A DNA stretch of 64,000 nt from Eubacteriales bacterium. GTDB lineage: Bacteria; Bacillota; Clostridia; Oscillospirales; CAG-272. The DNA lies in contig JAZSHY010000002.1 of NCBI GenBank assembly GCA_045533505.1, positions 11,740-75,739 of the forward strand. The letters run 5' to 3'. Shown here piece by piece: positions 47,790-58,173 of this stretch. The translations under genes were made by a program, and so were the position numbers. A model generated the notes under the pieces. It searched no databases. It was not told where the DNA came from and was given only the letters and a program-made list of their open reading frames with translations. The number at the start of each line of letters is the position of its first letter. Position 1 is the stretch's first letter.

Positions 47790-49232
47790 TTGGACAAATA
47801 CAAAATTTCAAAAACAACATGCGTCCTCCCTTCCGCCGAAGAGCTGAAGGCTACCCTCGCGGCATCGGGAAGCAGCGATGCCCGCCAAAACCTTCATCAG
47901 CTGTTTGACACCGATACCTTTGTGGAGCTTGGTGTCTTTACGAAACGCAAGTTCTGTGAATATCAGGGTCTTGGTCATGATGAGGAGCTGGAGGGCGTCA
48001 TTTGCGGCTACGGTGCCATTGACGGGCGTCTTGTGTATGCTTTTGCGCAGGACAGCACTCGTATGAAGGGGGCTTTTGACGAAAACCATGCCAAAAAAAT
48101 TTGTTCGCTCTATGAGCTCGCCGTAAAAAACGGCACTCCTATTGTCGGTCTTTTTGATTCTGCCGGTGCCGATATTTTTGAAGGGGCCGCAGCCCTCGCC
48201 GCTTACGGGCGTATTATGAAGGCTGTTTCCGCCGCTTCGGGCCTGGTACCTCAAATTGCTATCATTACGGGAAATTGCATAGGCTCCTTTGCCACCATCG
48301 CCGCCATGTTTGACTTTGTAGTCAAAACTAAGAATGCTAGCCTCTACGTCACATCCCCCGAATTTGTGGGAGATGTCAATTCTCAGGCTCCCGTCACCGC
48401 CTTCTCTGCCGACGACAAAAGCTTGGCCATTATCTATGCGCGCAGCCTTCTCAACTACCTCCCTGATAAGGCTGGTGTCGGCATCTCTGTGGAAGGCACG
48501 GCGGACAACCTCAATCGCATGCTCGGCAACCGTGATTTCGGCGGAGATGTCAATGCCGCCATCGCAGCAATTGCGGACAACGGAATCTTCTTTGAAACAT
48601 CGGGTGATTATGCCCCTGTTCTCACTACCGCCTTTGCTACTGTCGGTGGCGTGAAGTGCGGCTTTGTGGGTACCTCGTATATGGTTGAGGAAGGCCGTCT
48701 TACTGCCGATGCGGCAAGAAAGGCAGCAAAATTTATTGATATTTGTGATGCTTTCTCTATCCCTCTTATCACTCTTGTTGACTCTATGGGGCTTGCGCTT
48801 TGCGACGAAAACGAAGCCGCCCCCTTCTCCTCCGAGCTTGCCAAACTTTCGATGGCATATGCCAAATCGGTTATGCCCAAGATTACTGTCATTCTCGGTC
48901 ATGCCATCGGTGCTTCCTTTGCACTGCTGGGCTCCAAGGCTCTTGGTGCCGATGTAGCCTATGCGCTTGACGATGCCGAAATCGGTGCCCTTTCCACAAG
49001 CGCATCGGTTGCCTTTGCTTGGAACAGCCTTATTAACCCCGACAAAACCCGTGAGGCATTGGAGGCAGAATGGAGAAAGTCTTTGGCCTCTCCTGTTGCC
49101 GCTGCTTCTCTTGGCGAAATTGATGACATTGTAAGCTCCAATGAACTGCGTGCCCGTATCTGTTCCGCGCTCATGATGTTGGCCGACAAGGGTACAGTTC
49201 GTCCTCGCCTTCACACGATAAATCCCCTTTAA
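47790..49232 (+). CDS. acyl-CoA carboxyltransferase (12S / methylmalonyl-CoA decarboxylase alpha type)
   Basis: Carboxyl_trans motifs (ICGYGAIDGRLVYAFAQDSTRMKG, PIVGLFDSAGA, PLITLVDSMG). The start is uncertain because there is no in-frame ATG; the in-frame TTG at 47790 was chosen. Confidence 0.75.
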   Translation: MDKYKISKTTCVLPSAEELKATLAASGSSDARQNLHQLFDTDTFVELGVFTKRKFCEYQGLGHDEELEGVICGYGAIDGRLVYAFAQDSTRMKGAFDENHAKKICSLYELAVKNGTPIVGLFDSAGADIFEGAAALAAYGRIMKAVSAASGLVPQIAIITGNCIGSFATIAAMFDFVVKTKNASLYVTSPEFVGDVNSQAPVTAFSADDKSLAIIYARSLLNYLPDKAGVGISVEGTADNLNRMLGNRDFGGDVNAAIAAIADNGIFFETSGDYAPVLTTAFATVGGVKCGFVGTSYMVEEGRLTADAARKAAKFIDICDAFSIPLITLVDSMGLALCDENEAAPFSSELAKLSMAYAKSVMPKITVILGHAIGASFALLGSKALGADVAYALDDAEIGALSTSASVAFAWNSLINPDKTREALEAEWRKSLASPVAAASLGEIDDIVSSNELRARICSALMMLADKGTVRPRLHTINPL

Positions 49233-49243
49233 GGAGGCATCGA

Positions 49244-49588
49244 ATGAACAATCTTTTGCCTTTTCTTGAAATCGACATTCATCAAAACAGCCTCCCCTTT
49301 GGTGAAGCCGCACTTTACGGTATAGAAATGCTCTTCATCGGCATGGTTATTGTGCTTTCGGTGCTGGCGCTTCTTTGGCTCGTGCTTGAGCTTTCGGGAT
49401 ACCTGTTTCGGAGAATGAAGGGTGAAGCCGTGCCCACCGTTGAAAAAAAGCCTGCGCCGGTTGTTGCATCTGCAAAGGCTACCGCTTCGGATGAGGCAGA
49501 GCTGATTGCCGTTTTCGCCGCCGCAATAGCCGCGATGGAATCTGCCCCCACAGCCGGGTTCCGCGTAGTTTCCTTCAAGAGAAAATAA
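49244..49588 (+). CDS. OadG-family small membrane subunit of Na+-translocating decarboxylase
   Basis: Single TM segment ([19 protein letters not shown]), Ala/Pro-rich linker, conserved [11 protein letters not shown] tail. Confidence 0.7.
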   Translation: MNNLLPFLEIDIHQNSLPFGEAALYGIEMLFIGMVIVLSVLALLWLVLELSGYLFRRMKGEAVPTVEKKPAPVVASAKATASDEAELIAVFAAAIAAMESAPTAGFRVVSFKRK

Positions 49589-49628
49589 TGAACGCCGCGC
49601 CCTTTGCGCGGAGAATAGGAGAATGAAT

Positions 49629-50033
49629 ATGAAGAAGTACAACATTACTGTCAACGGAACCACCTATGAGGTGTTTGTGGAAGAAGCAAGCGGTGATATG
49701 GGAGCTGTTCCCGCCCCTGCTCCTGTGCCTGCGGCTGCCCCCACTCCCGCCGCAGCCCCTGTTGTAGAAAAAAAGCCTGCACCGAGTGCCGCGCCCGCAC
49801 CGGCGGCAGCTCCTGCCGGCGCCGAAGCCGTTACCGCACCGATGCCGGGCACAATCCTCGATGTAAAGGTGAGTGTAGGCTCTATGGTAAAAAAGGGCGA
49901 TGTTCTTTGTGTGCTTGAAGCCATGAAGATGGAAAATGACATTCCTGCACCGTGCGATGGCAAGGTCGTTGCCGTTTCTGTTCAAAAGGGTGCTTCGGTC
50001 AATGCAGGCGACACTCTCGTTTCGCTGGGTTGA
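49629..50033 (+). CDS. biotin carboxyl carrier protein (biotinyl domain)
   Basis: Ala/Pro linker, then [23 protein letters not shown] with the biotinyl-lysine AMKM motif. Confidence 0.85.
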   Translation: MKKYNITVNGTTYEVFVEEASGDMGAVPAPAPVPAAAPTPAAAPVVEKKPAPSAAPAPAAAPAGAEAVTAPMPGTILDVKVSVGSMVKKGDVLCVLEAMKMENDIPAPCDGKVVAVSVQKGASVNAGDTLVSLG

Positions 50034-50052
50034 TTTCGAAAGGAGTTAACCG

Positions 50053-51312
50053 ATGGGTGATATTTTTTCGAACATCGGAGATTTCTTGAAGGAAACGGGC
50101 GTTGCTCAGCTTTTTGCCAATGGCGGCTGGAAAACGCTTGTGATGTATGCCATCGTATTCACACTTTTCTATTTGGCCATTGTTAAAAAGTTTGAACCGA
50201 TGCTCCTTCTCCCAATTGCCTTTGGTATGTTGCTGGCCAACCTGCCGGGGGCGGAGCTTTACCACTCCGAATTTTTCTTCGATGATTACTATGTAACCAA
50301 ATATGCCGCAGAATATGCAGTCCGTGATCCCGCCTTCTTCGGGCAGGACGGGCATGTCTTGCTTTCGGCTATGCTGAAGGAGGTCGTGAACAACGGCGGT
50401 CTGCTTGATCTTCTGTATCTTGGCGTAAAGCTTGGCATATATCCTTCGCTTATATTCCTTGGCATCGGCGCTATGACCGACTTCTCTCCCCTGATTGCCA
50501 ACCCTAAGAGCCTCCTCCTTGGGGCTGCTGCGCAGTTCGGCGTTTTCGCCGCCTTCTTCTTTGCACTGATATTCGGCTTCTCTCCCGTGGAGTCTGCCGC
50601 TATCGGCATCATTGGCGGAGCGGACGGCCCGACTGCCATTCTCGTGACAAAAATCTTGGCTCCGCACTTGCTTGGTGCAATTGCGATTGCTGCCTATAGC
50701 TACATGGCCTTGATCCCCATGATTCAGCCTCCCTTCATGAAGCTTTTGACAACGAAGAAGGAGCGCTCCATTGTCATGACGAGCCTGCGTCCTGTTTCCA
50801 AGCTCGAAAAGGTTGTTTTCCCCATCCTCGTTACGCTTGTTGTTGTGCTCATTATTCCGGATGCTGCTCCTCTTGTGGGCTTCTTGATGCTCGGTAACCT
50901 CTTCCAGGTCAGCGGTGTTACTGAACGTCTCGGGAAAACCGTGCAAAACGAACTCATTAATATTGTCACTATTTTCCTGGGTGTTTCTGTCGGTGCCACA
51001 GCAAAGGCAGAAAACTTCCTCGCGGTGGATACGCTTCTGATTATCTGCCTTGGGCTTTTCGCCTTCTGCCTCTCAACCGTAGGCGGCCTTCTCTTTGGCA
51101 AGCTTATGTGTGTGCTTACTAAGGGAAAAATCAATCCTCTTATTGGCTCCGCCGGGGTTTCCGCAGTTCCTATGGCGGCCCGTGTTGCGCAAGATGTGGG
51201 ACGCAAGGCCAACCCCGCCAACTTCCTCCTGATGCATGCTATGGGCCCGAATGTGGCAGGCGTTATCGGCTCGGCTGTAGCGGCGGGCGTTTTTCTCACA
51301 TGGTTCGCCTGA
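50053..51312 (+). CDS. Na+-translocating decarboxylase beta subunit (OadB/MmdB/GcdB family)
   Basis: 419-aa polytopic protein. Segments GIIGGADGPT and SAGVSAVPMAARV are typical of the family. Confidence 0.85.
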   Translation: MGDIFSNIGDFLKETGVAQLFANGGWKTLVMYAIVFTLFYLAIVKKFEPMLLLPIAFGMLLANLPGAELYHSEFFFDDYYVTKYAAEYAVRDPAFFGQDGHVLLSAMLKEVVNNGGLLDLLYLGVKLGIYPSLIFLGIGAMTDFSPLIANPKSLLLGAAAQFGVFAAFFFALIFGFSPVESAAIGIIGGADGPTAILVTKILAPHLLGAIAIAAYSYMALIPMIQPPFMKLLTTKKERSIVMTSLRPVSKLEKVVFPILVTLVVVLIIPDAAPLVGFLMLGNLFQVSGVTERLGKTVQNELINIVTIFLGVSVGATAKAENFLAVDTLLIICLGLFAFCLSTVGGLLFGKLMCVLTKGKINPLIGSAGVSAVPMAARVAQDVGRKANPANFLLMHAMGPNVAGVIGSAVAAGVFLTWFA

Positions 51313-51339
51313 TTAAACGTGTAAGAAAGGAATACTACT

Positions 51340-52731
51340 ATGTCTAAAGTACTGCTTACCGAAACTGTACTCCGTGACTCGCATCAATCCTTGGCCGCAA
51401 CAAGAATGACCACAGAGGAAATGCTTCCCGCGCTTGAGCTTCTCGATGCTGTCGGATACCATTCTCTGGAAGCTTGGGGCGGTGCCACCTTTGATGCCTG
51501 TCTCCGTTATTTGAATGAGGATCCGTGGGAGAGACTCCGTACCATTCGTAAGCGCGTGAAAAACACGAAGCTTCAAATGCTGTTCCGCGGCCAAAACATT
51601 CTTGGCTACCGTCACTATTCCGATGATGTTGTAGAGTATTTTGTTCAAAAATCGATTGCCAACGGAATTGATATTATCCGCATTTTCGACGCCCTGAACG
51701 ACCCGCGCAACCTCGAAACTGCCATTCGCGCTACCATCAAAGAAGGCGGTCATGTGCAGGCGGCTATCAGTTATACCACGAGCCCTGTGCACAACAACGA
51801 GTTCTTTGCCGCCTATGCCAAGCAGCTTGAGGAAATGGGGGCGCATTCCATTTGCATTAAGGATATGGCAGGTCTTCTCAAGCCCTATGATGCTTTCCAG
51901 CTTGTAAAAGCCATTAAAGCACGTGTGAGCATTCCGGTTCAGCTTCATACCCACTATACCTCGGGGCTTGCCTCAATGACCGTTCTTAAAGCCGTTGAGG
52001 CCGATGTCAACATTGTGGATACCGCGCTTTCCCCTATGGCTATGGGTACCTCTCAGCCTCCTACCGAAGCCATTGTGGCTACCCTGCAGGGTACGCCGTA
52101 TGACACAGGGCTTGATCTCGGTAAGCTCGATGAAGCATCGAAATATTTTGCTTCTATCCGCCAGAGATATCTTGACAGCGGCTTGATTGACCCGAAGGTT
52201 CTCAAGGTTGACGTCAATGCCCTTCTCTACCAGGTACCCGGCGGTATGCTTTCCAATCTTGTTTCGCAGCTTAAGGCTGCCGGGAAGTCCGACAAGCTGG
52301 ATGAGGTGCTTGCCGAGGTGCCGCGCGTCCGTGCTGATGCAGGCTATGTACCGCTTGTTACCCCCACATCGCAAATTGTGGGTACGCAGGCAGTCAGCAA
52401 CGTGCTCTTCGGACGTTACGCCAGCACCACAAAAGAATTCCGCGGTCTTGTGCGTGGAGAATACGGTAAAACCCCTGTGGAGATTAACCCCGAATTCCGC
52501 AAAAAGATTATTGGGGAGCTCTCTCCCATTGACCACCGTCCTGCCGATGATATTGCTCCCGAAATCGAAAGCCTCCGCGAGCGTGTTATGCCTTACGCAG
52601 AGCAGGACGAGGACCTCCTTTCTCTCGCTCTCTTCGAAAATGTTGCAGTCAAATACTTCGAATGGCGCAAAAAGCAACGCCACAAGCTTGACCCCAACAG
52701 CGATGCCGAAAACGGTATTCATTCGGTTTAA
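51340..52731 (+). CDS. oxo-acid carboxyltransferase (OadA N-terminal / transcarboxylase 5S type), no biotinyl domain
   Basis: TETVLRDSHQSL..EAWGGATFD..LQMLFRGQN..IKDMAGLL..HTH TIM-barrel motifs. The protein ends without an AMKM motif. Confidence 0.85.
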   Translation: MSKVLLTETVLRDSHQSLAATRMTTEEMLPALELLDAVGYHSLEAWGGATFDACLRYLNEDPWERLRTIRKRVKNTKLQMLFRGQNILGYRHYSDDVVEYFVQKSIANGIDIIRIFDALNDPRNLETAIRATIKEGGHVQAAISYTTSPVHNNEFFAAYAKQLEEMGAHSICIKDMAGLLKPYDAFQLVKAIKARVSIPVQLHTHYTSGLASMTVLKAVEADVNIVDTALSPMAMGTSQPPTEAIVATLQGTPYDTGLDLGKLDEASKYFASIRQRYLDSGLIDPKVLKVDVNALLYQVPGGMLSNLVSQLKAAGKSDKLDEVLAEVPRVRADAGYVPLVTPTSQIVGTQAVSNVLFGRYASTTKEFRGLVRGEYGKTPVEINPEFRKKIIGELSPIDHRPADDIAPEIESLRERVMPYAEQDEDLLSLALFENVAVKYFEWRKKQRHKLDPNSDAENGIHSV

Positions 52732-52734
52732 AAC

Positions 52735-52766
52735 AAAAAGGCACAGGAAATTCCTGTGCCTTTTTC
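52735..52766 (+). terminator. rho-independent terminator after the decarboxylase operon
   Basis: GGCACAGGAA-A-TTCCTGTGCC followed by TTTTT. Confidence 0.8.
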
Positions 52767-52772
52767 AATCAG

Positions 52773-52807
52773 TAAAAAATGGGCTCGGTTTCACCACCGA
52801 GCCCATT
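52773..52807 (-). terminator. rho-independent terminator after ftsH
   Basis: Minus strand reads ATGGGCTCGG...CCGAGCCCAT followed by TTTTTT. Confidence 0.75.
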
Positions 52808-52828
52808 TGTTTTCGTTCTAGAAGTCTT

Positions 52829-54850
52829 TTACATTTTTTGTGAAGTATCGTCGGAATTCCCTGATCTTCCAAACGGAGGTCTGCCCTGACCGCCTTCGGC
52901 ATACTGTCTGGCAATCTCCTCCTCACGACGGCGTTCCTCTTCTCGACGGCGAGCCTCCTCCTCACGGCGTTTGGCGTCCGCCTCATCCTCGGCACGCTTC
53001 CTGGCTTCGGCAATTTCGGCAATTTCTTCAAGAGTGGCCTCGCGCTCCATCGCTGCACGGAACTGTTCTCCGTCCATAGTTTCGTATTTGAGCAAAAATT
53101 CAGCGACAAAACGAAGCTTGTCGTTATGGGCAGTAAGAATTTCACGGCAGGTAGCATAGGCAGCTTCAATGATAGACCGAATCTCGTCATCAATTTCTGC
53201 CGCAGTCTTTTCGGAATAGTTTTTCCCGGAGGAAAAATCCCGTCCGAGAAACACTTCATCGCTCGAATGCTCAGAGCCATACAGCACTGTACCCAACTTT
53301 TCGCTCATACCGTATCTTGTAACCATATTGCGAGCCGTAGCAGTAGCTTGCTGAATGTCACCGGAAGCACCCGTGGAAATATCATCCATTGTAATTTGCT
53401 CCGCAACGCGTCCGCCAAGGGCTACCACAATATTGTTCAGCATTTCGCGGCGCGACGTCACCATGCGGTCCTCCTCAGGGACGCGCAGTGTTACACCGCC
53501 TGCATTTCCGGCAGGAATAATGGTGATATGCTTAACGGGAGCCGTTTGGTCACAGAAATAAGCCGCCACAGCATGCCCCGCTTCGTGATAAGCGCAAAGC
53601 TTGTTGTCATATTCGGTTCGAACCTTGGCACGCTTTTTCGGGCCAAGAATCACCTTCATATATGCCTCGTTGATATCCTCCTGACGAATAAGAGAACGCC
53701 TGTGCCTTGCAGCAAGCAGGGCTGCCTCATTCAAAAGATTGGCGAGGTCAGCACCCGTAAAGCCAACCGTCGTTCTGGCGATATGCTTAAAGTCCACACC
53801 GCTGTCAAAGGGCTTGCCCTTGGCATGAACCTTGAGGATTTCTTCTCTGCCGCGGATATCGGGATAATTGACGGTCACCTGACGGTCAAATCTTCCCGGA
53901 CGTAAGAGGGCGGGGTCCAAAATATCAGGTCGGTTAGTTGCCGCAATAACGATAATTCCCTCGTATTTATCAAAACCGTCCATCTCTACAAGGAGCTGAT
54001 TAAGGGTTTGCTCTCTTTCATCATGGCCGCCGCCAAGCCCTGCACCGCGGTGCCGCCCGACAGCATCGATTTCATCAATGAACACAATGCTCGCAGGGCT
54101 TTTGCGTGCGGTTTCAAACAGGTCGCGCACGCGAGAGGCGCCTACGCCTACATACATTTCCACAAAATCCGAGCCGGAAATTGAATAGAAGGGGACACCG
54201 GCCTCACCCGCAACAGCCTTGGCGAGAAGCGTTTTGCCTGTACCGGGAGGGCCCACAAGAAGAACACCGTGAGGGATTTTGGCACCGAGGGCGGTATACT
54301 TTTGAGGATCTCTCAAAAATTCCACCACCTCGGCAAGCTCCTCCTTTTCTTCATCGGCTCCCGCCACATCTTCAAAGCGAACCGCGTTCTTCTGATTCCC
54401 CACCTTAGCACGGGCACGGGCAAAGGAATTCATTTTGCCGCCGCGTCCTGATGTCTGGCGTACCATATAAATGATAAGGCCGGCCATCAACAGCATCATA
54501 ATAATGTAGGGGAGAAATTCGAGTATCCAGGGCGAATCAACGGGCTCCTCAAAATTATATTCTTCAAGATTCGGATGTTGACCATTGGTTGCCCAGTCGT
54601 GAACATACTCAACCTGCGAATTGTAGCCAAGGCGGAATACATGCTCCTTGTTATCTATTGTAACAATACTCATATATCCCTCAACATCCAGTGTGAAGGA
54701 CTTAATCTGGTCATCATCCATCAATTCCACTAACTGCGAATAGCCAAACTTCTCTTTTTCAGACACCATATCTGTGATGATAACGGCGCTGAAAATGAAA
54801 ACAGCTACCAACAGTAAGAGAAGAACAATATTTTTGGTATTTGGTTTCAT
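52829..54850 (-). CDS. ftsH: ATP-dependent zinc metalloprotease FtsH
   Basis: Two TM segments, Walker [12 protein letters not shown], zinc site HEAGHA, Glu/Arg-rich tail. Confidence 0.95.
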   Translation of the reverse strand: MKPNTKNIVLLLLLVAVFIFSAVIITDMVSEKEKFGYSQLVELMDDDQIKSFTLDVEGYMSIVTIDNKEHVFRLGYNSQVEYVHDWATNGQHPNLEEYNFEEPVDSPWILEFLPYIIMMLLMAGLIIYMVRQTSGRGGKMNSFARARAKVGNQKNAVRFEDVAGADEEKEELAEVVEFLRDPQKYTALGAKIPHGVLLVGPPGTGKTLLAKAVAGEAGVPFYSISGSDFVEMYVGVGASRVRDLFETARKSPASIVFIDEIDAVGRHRGAGLGGGHDEREQTLNQLLVEMDGFDKYEGIIVIAATNRPDILDPALLRPGRFDRQVTVNYPDIRGREEILKVHAKGKPFDSGVDFKHIARTTVGFTGADLANLLNEAALLAARHRRSLIRQEDINEAYMKVILGPKKRAKVRTEYDNKLCAYHEAGHAVAAYFCDQTAPVKHITIIPAGNAGGVTLRVPEEDRMVTSRREMLNNIVVALGGRVAEQITMDDISTGASGDIQQATATARNMVTRYGMSEKLGTVLYGSEHSSDEVFLGRDFSSGKNYSEKTAAEIDDEIRSIIEAAYATCREILTAHNDKLRFVAEFLLKYETMDGEQFRAAMEREATLEEIAEIAEARKRAEDEADAKRREEEARRREEERRREEEIARQYAEGGQGRPPFGRSGNSDDTSQKM

Positions 54851-54928
54851 GCAAGATATTCCAAGCCTTTCTTGACGTAATTAAAGAGAAAACAGTTCTC
54901 TTTTCATCATATCCTTACGCGAAAGCCT

Positions 54929-56317
54929 TTATTCAGCTTTCACGGGAGGTTTTTCTCTCGGTGGGCAAAATGGTACCCACAAAACACCGGCGTCGTCACA
55001 AAGAAGCGGAAGGCAGGCGCGAGCGCTACGCGGTATTTTCTTCTCATTATACAGTTTTTTCAACGAATGCGTATGTTTTCGAAAAAAGCAGGTGTCCCCC
55101 TCTCTGCGAGGACGCACATACAGCCTCCCCTGTATTATAGCAGAAGAAATTGCCGTTTCGGTGTCTATTTTGTAAAGATTTGAGGAACAAGCAACAAACA
55201 TCGTGCCCTCTTTTACCGAAAGAATCATCCGAAAGCCGCCCGGCAGGACGTTTTCGCCCTCCAGAAGCGGAATGATATAAGGCGCAGGGGGCTCCTCCGA
55301 GCCGGAACGGGAAAAAGAAAAATAACCATCCCGAAGAAGCGCAACCAAGCGATTTGGTACCGATACGGAAAAATCGCGATTTTCTTTTTTTTGAAGAAGT
55401 GCCGAAAGCATGACGATATGCTGATGCTCTATGGCGATATCGTCAGCCATAGCTTCGCGTGCGGCCTCGTAAAGCCGCACCAAAACACGACGCCTTATGG
55501 CCTCAGGAAGCTCACGAAGATACGAAGCATCAACGCCACGCTCGTTGCGGGGTGCCTCAGAGAGCGCACGAACGGCAAGCTCATCGAGATAAAGAATGTC
55601 CTGAGAAACAGCTTCGGACATACGAAAAACAGCCTCTTCGGCACGAGGGGCCAAGCTGTATACGGAGGGCAGAATGTGACACCGCATAAAATTACGCGAA
55701 TAGGCAGTGTCGGCATTGGTGCTATCGTTCATATAAGAAAGGGATGAAGCGGCAAGCGCGCTTCTGATTTCTTCGCCCGAAAGCGGGAGAAGGGGACGGA
55801 TGAGGTCGCCATGCACGGGGCGAATTCCAACAAGAGCACGACTGCCGCCGCCGCGTAGTATGTGAAGAAAAACCGTTTCCATATGGTCGGTGCCGTGATG
55901 GGCGGTAGCAATCACCGAAAGCTCGGGATGACGGGCAAGCTCCTCACGAAGAGCGGAATAACGCAAACGACGGGCCACGGCCTCCAGTCCTCTTTTTTCT
56001 TCTGCCGCTACCAAAGGAACGTCCACATCGGAAAGCACAAAGGGAATCGAAAGCTCCTGGGCAAGTCGGCGGCAGAATTCGGCATCCCTATCTGCCTCAT
56101 CGCCGCGAATATGATGATGCACATGCATCGCCATAAGCGGAAAGGCGGTCTTTCTGCGCAAATAGTCCAAGAGATAGCACAGAAAGACCGAATCTGCCCC
56201 GCCGGAAAGCGCAAGCAAAACTCCCCTTTCGGGTCCGAACACCATCCCCTCGGCCTCCATAAAGACAAGGGCCTTTTGAAAAAGTGCTTCGGTTTCAGGT
56301 GAAAACGAAGGCATCAT
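54929..56317 (-). CDS. tilS: tRNA(Ile)-lysidine synthetase
   Basis: PP-loop SGGADS and a long C-terminal substrate-binding domain. ATG at 56317 overlaps the dnaB stop. Confidence 0.85.
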   Translation of the reverse strand: MMPSFSPETEALFQKALVFMEAEGMVFGPERGVLLALSGGADSVFLCYLLDYLRRKTAFPLMAMHVHHHIRGDEADRDAEFCRRLAQELSIPFVLSDVDVPLVAAEEKRGLEAVARRLRYSALREELARHPELSVIATAHHGTDHMETVFLHILRGGGSRALVGIRPVHGDLIRPLLPLSGEEIRSALAASSLSYMNDSTNADTAYSRNFMRCHILPSVYSLAPRAEEAVFRMSEAVSQDILYLDELAVRALSEAPRNERGVDASYLRELPEAIRRRVLVRLYEAAREAMADDIAIEHQHIVMLSALLQKKENRDFSVSVPNRLVALLRDGYFSFSRSGSEEPPAPYIIPLLEGENVLPGGFRMILSVKEGTMFVACSSNLYKIDTETAISSAIIQGRLYVRPRREGDTCFFRKHTHSLKKLYNEKKIPRSARACLPLLCDDAGVLWVPFCPPREKPPVKAE

Positions 56318-57717
56318 ACGGGTGTCTCGCTTGACGGCGTAGTGCTCTTCCATTCGGGGGGCGGGTCTCCCACATTCTTTTCAATGCTGTAAAATTTAGT
56401 ATAAGTCTTGTCAAAATTCATTTCCACCGTGCCCACACCGCCATGGCGGTTCTTCGCGATGATTACCTCAATGGTACTAACATCAGAAGGAGTTACCTGC
56501 CCATCCTTCTCCTCAGTATCATAGTAGTCGTCACGGTAAAGGAAGAGCACCACATCGGCATCCTGCTCAATAGAACCCGAGTCGCGCAGGTCACTCATCA
56601 TCGGGCGCTTGGAGCCACGCCCCTTGTTTTCGGGATTTCGGGAAAGCTGAGCGCAGCAAACAATTGGAACGGCAAATTCCTTCGCCATCAGCTTTAAGCT
56701 TCGTGAAATTTCAGAGACCTCCTGCACGCGATTGTCAATGTTGCGGCCACTGTGCATAAGCCCCAGATAATCGATTACGACAAGACCGAGATTTTTCATT
56801 CTTCGAAGCTTCGCTTTCATATCAGTTACCGAAATATTGGTGGTATCGTCAATGTAAATTTCGGTTTTGGCAAGCCTCGAGGCTGCATCGGCGAGCCTCA
56901 CCCATTCGTCGGGCGATATGTTGCCTCGACGAAGGGTATTGCTATCTACCCTGGCTTCACTGGCGAGCATACGGTTTACCAACTGCTCAGCGGACATTTC
57001 AAGCGAAAAAATACAAACCTGCTTATCACTTGCCTTTGCCACACTGGTAGCAATATTGACAGCAAAGCTCGTTTTACCCATAGCAGGACGGGCACCAACA
57101 ATGACAAGGTCGCCGTAGCCAAGCTGTACCAAAATACGGTCAAGCCCTTCATAGCCCGTGGGCACACCGCGCAGTTGGTTGGGGTTCTGAGAAAGCGAGG
57201 TGAGGTCCTGATACACAGTATCCGCCACATCGCGTATATGACGAAGGTCGTTGCTTATACGATTTTGCGCGATATCAAAGATGGCCTGCTCTGCACTGTC
57301 CACGATATGCGAAACTGAGCCCTGCTCCGAGTAGGCAGTGTCCTCAATTTTATCACATGCTTCAATCAAGCGACGCAGAATGGCCTTGTCCTTGACGGTG
57401 CGTGCATAATCGCGCACATTGGCGGGACTTGGCACGATATAAGAAAGCACCTTGATGTACTCTATGCCGCCCGATTCGGAATATACCCCCTCCTGTACCA
57501 GGGTGTTGACGAGCGTGACCGTATCAATACTGCGGCTGGCAAGGAACATGGAACGCATCGTGGAAAAGATTCGCTTATGCTCCTCCAGAGAAAAATCCTC
57601 AGGCTCAAGTATTCCCACAATACTGTCAAGACTGTCCGGCTTTATGAGAATACAGCAAAGAACCGCCTGCTCGGATTCAATCGATACAGGTAACTTCCTT
57701 CCAAATTCCTGATTCAT
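56314..57717 (-). CDS. dnaB: replicative DNA helicase
   Basis: DnaB N-domain (ESEQAVLCCIL), Walker A GARPAMGKTSF, and IDYLGLM and QLSR motifs. Confidence 0.95.
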   Translation of the reverse strand: MNQEFGRKLPVSIESEQAVLCCILIKPDSLDSIVGILEPEDFSLEEHKRIFSTMRSMFLASRSIDTVTLVNTLVQEGVYSESGGIEYIKVLSYIVPSPANVRDYARTVKDKAILRRLIEACDKIEDTAYSEQGSVSHIVDSAEQAIFDIAQNRISNDLRHIRDVADTVYQDLTSLSQNPNQLRGVPTGYEGLDRILVQLGYGDLVIVGARPAMGKTSFAVNIATSVAKASDKQVCIFSLEMSAEQLVNRMLASEARVDSNTLRRGNISPDEWVRLADAASRLAKTEIYIDDTTNISVTDMKAKLRRMKNLGLVVIDYLGLMHSGRNIDNRVQEVSEISRSLKLMAKEFAVPIVCCAQLSRNPENKGRGSKRPMMSDLRDSGSIEQDADVVLFLYRDDYYDTEEKDGQVTPSDVSTIEVIIAKNRHGGVGTVEMNFDKTYTKFYSIEKNVGDPPPEWKSTTPSSETPV

Positions 57718-57729
57718 AAATGCTCCTGC

Positions 57730-58173
57730 TTACTCGTGGACAACCACGGAGAATTTTCCTGTAATGTCGGTATAAAGGCGCACCTCAACAGGATACACGC
57801 CATAGCTTCGGATTTGTTCGCTCATAGAAATCTTGCGCTTATCAAGCTTCACACCGAAATCACGCTCCAAGGCCTCTGCTACATCCTTGGCAGTAACAGC
57901 TCCGTAAAGACGTCCGTCGGCTCCCGCAGCACATTTTATTTTCACGGTAATGGCGGAAAGACGCTCCGAGAGGGCTCTTGCCGCCTTCTGCTCCTCACGA
58001 ATGCGGAATTCGTTGGCCTCCTCCTTGGTGCGCAGCTCATTCATCACTTTTGTGTCAGCAACAATAGCAAGCTTTTTCGGAAGCAAAAAGTTCCGTGCGT
58101 ATCCGTCCGAAACCTCAACCACATCATTCTTCTTTCCTTGGCCCTTTACATCGGCCAGCAATACAACCTTCAT
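57730..58173 (-). CDS. rplI: 50S ribosomal protein L9
   Basis: [36 protein letters not shown] is canonical L9. Confidence 0.95.
   Translation of the reverse strand: MKVVLLADVKGQGKKNDVVEVSDGYARNFLLPKKLAIVADTKVMNELRTKEEANEFRIREEQKAARALSERLSAITVKIKCAAGADGRLYGAVTAKDVAEALERDFGVKLDKRKISMSEQIRSYGVYPVEVRLYTDITGKFSVVVHE

Noticed and set aside
47808-49313. 501-aa ORF on the minus strand
   Set aside because: It lies entirely antisense to the well-supported carboxyltransferase gene. The translation is Arg/Cys/His/Gly-rich with no domain-like motifs and there is no SD. This is a typical shadow ORF of a GC-rich third-position gene.
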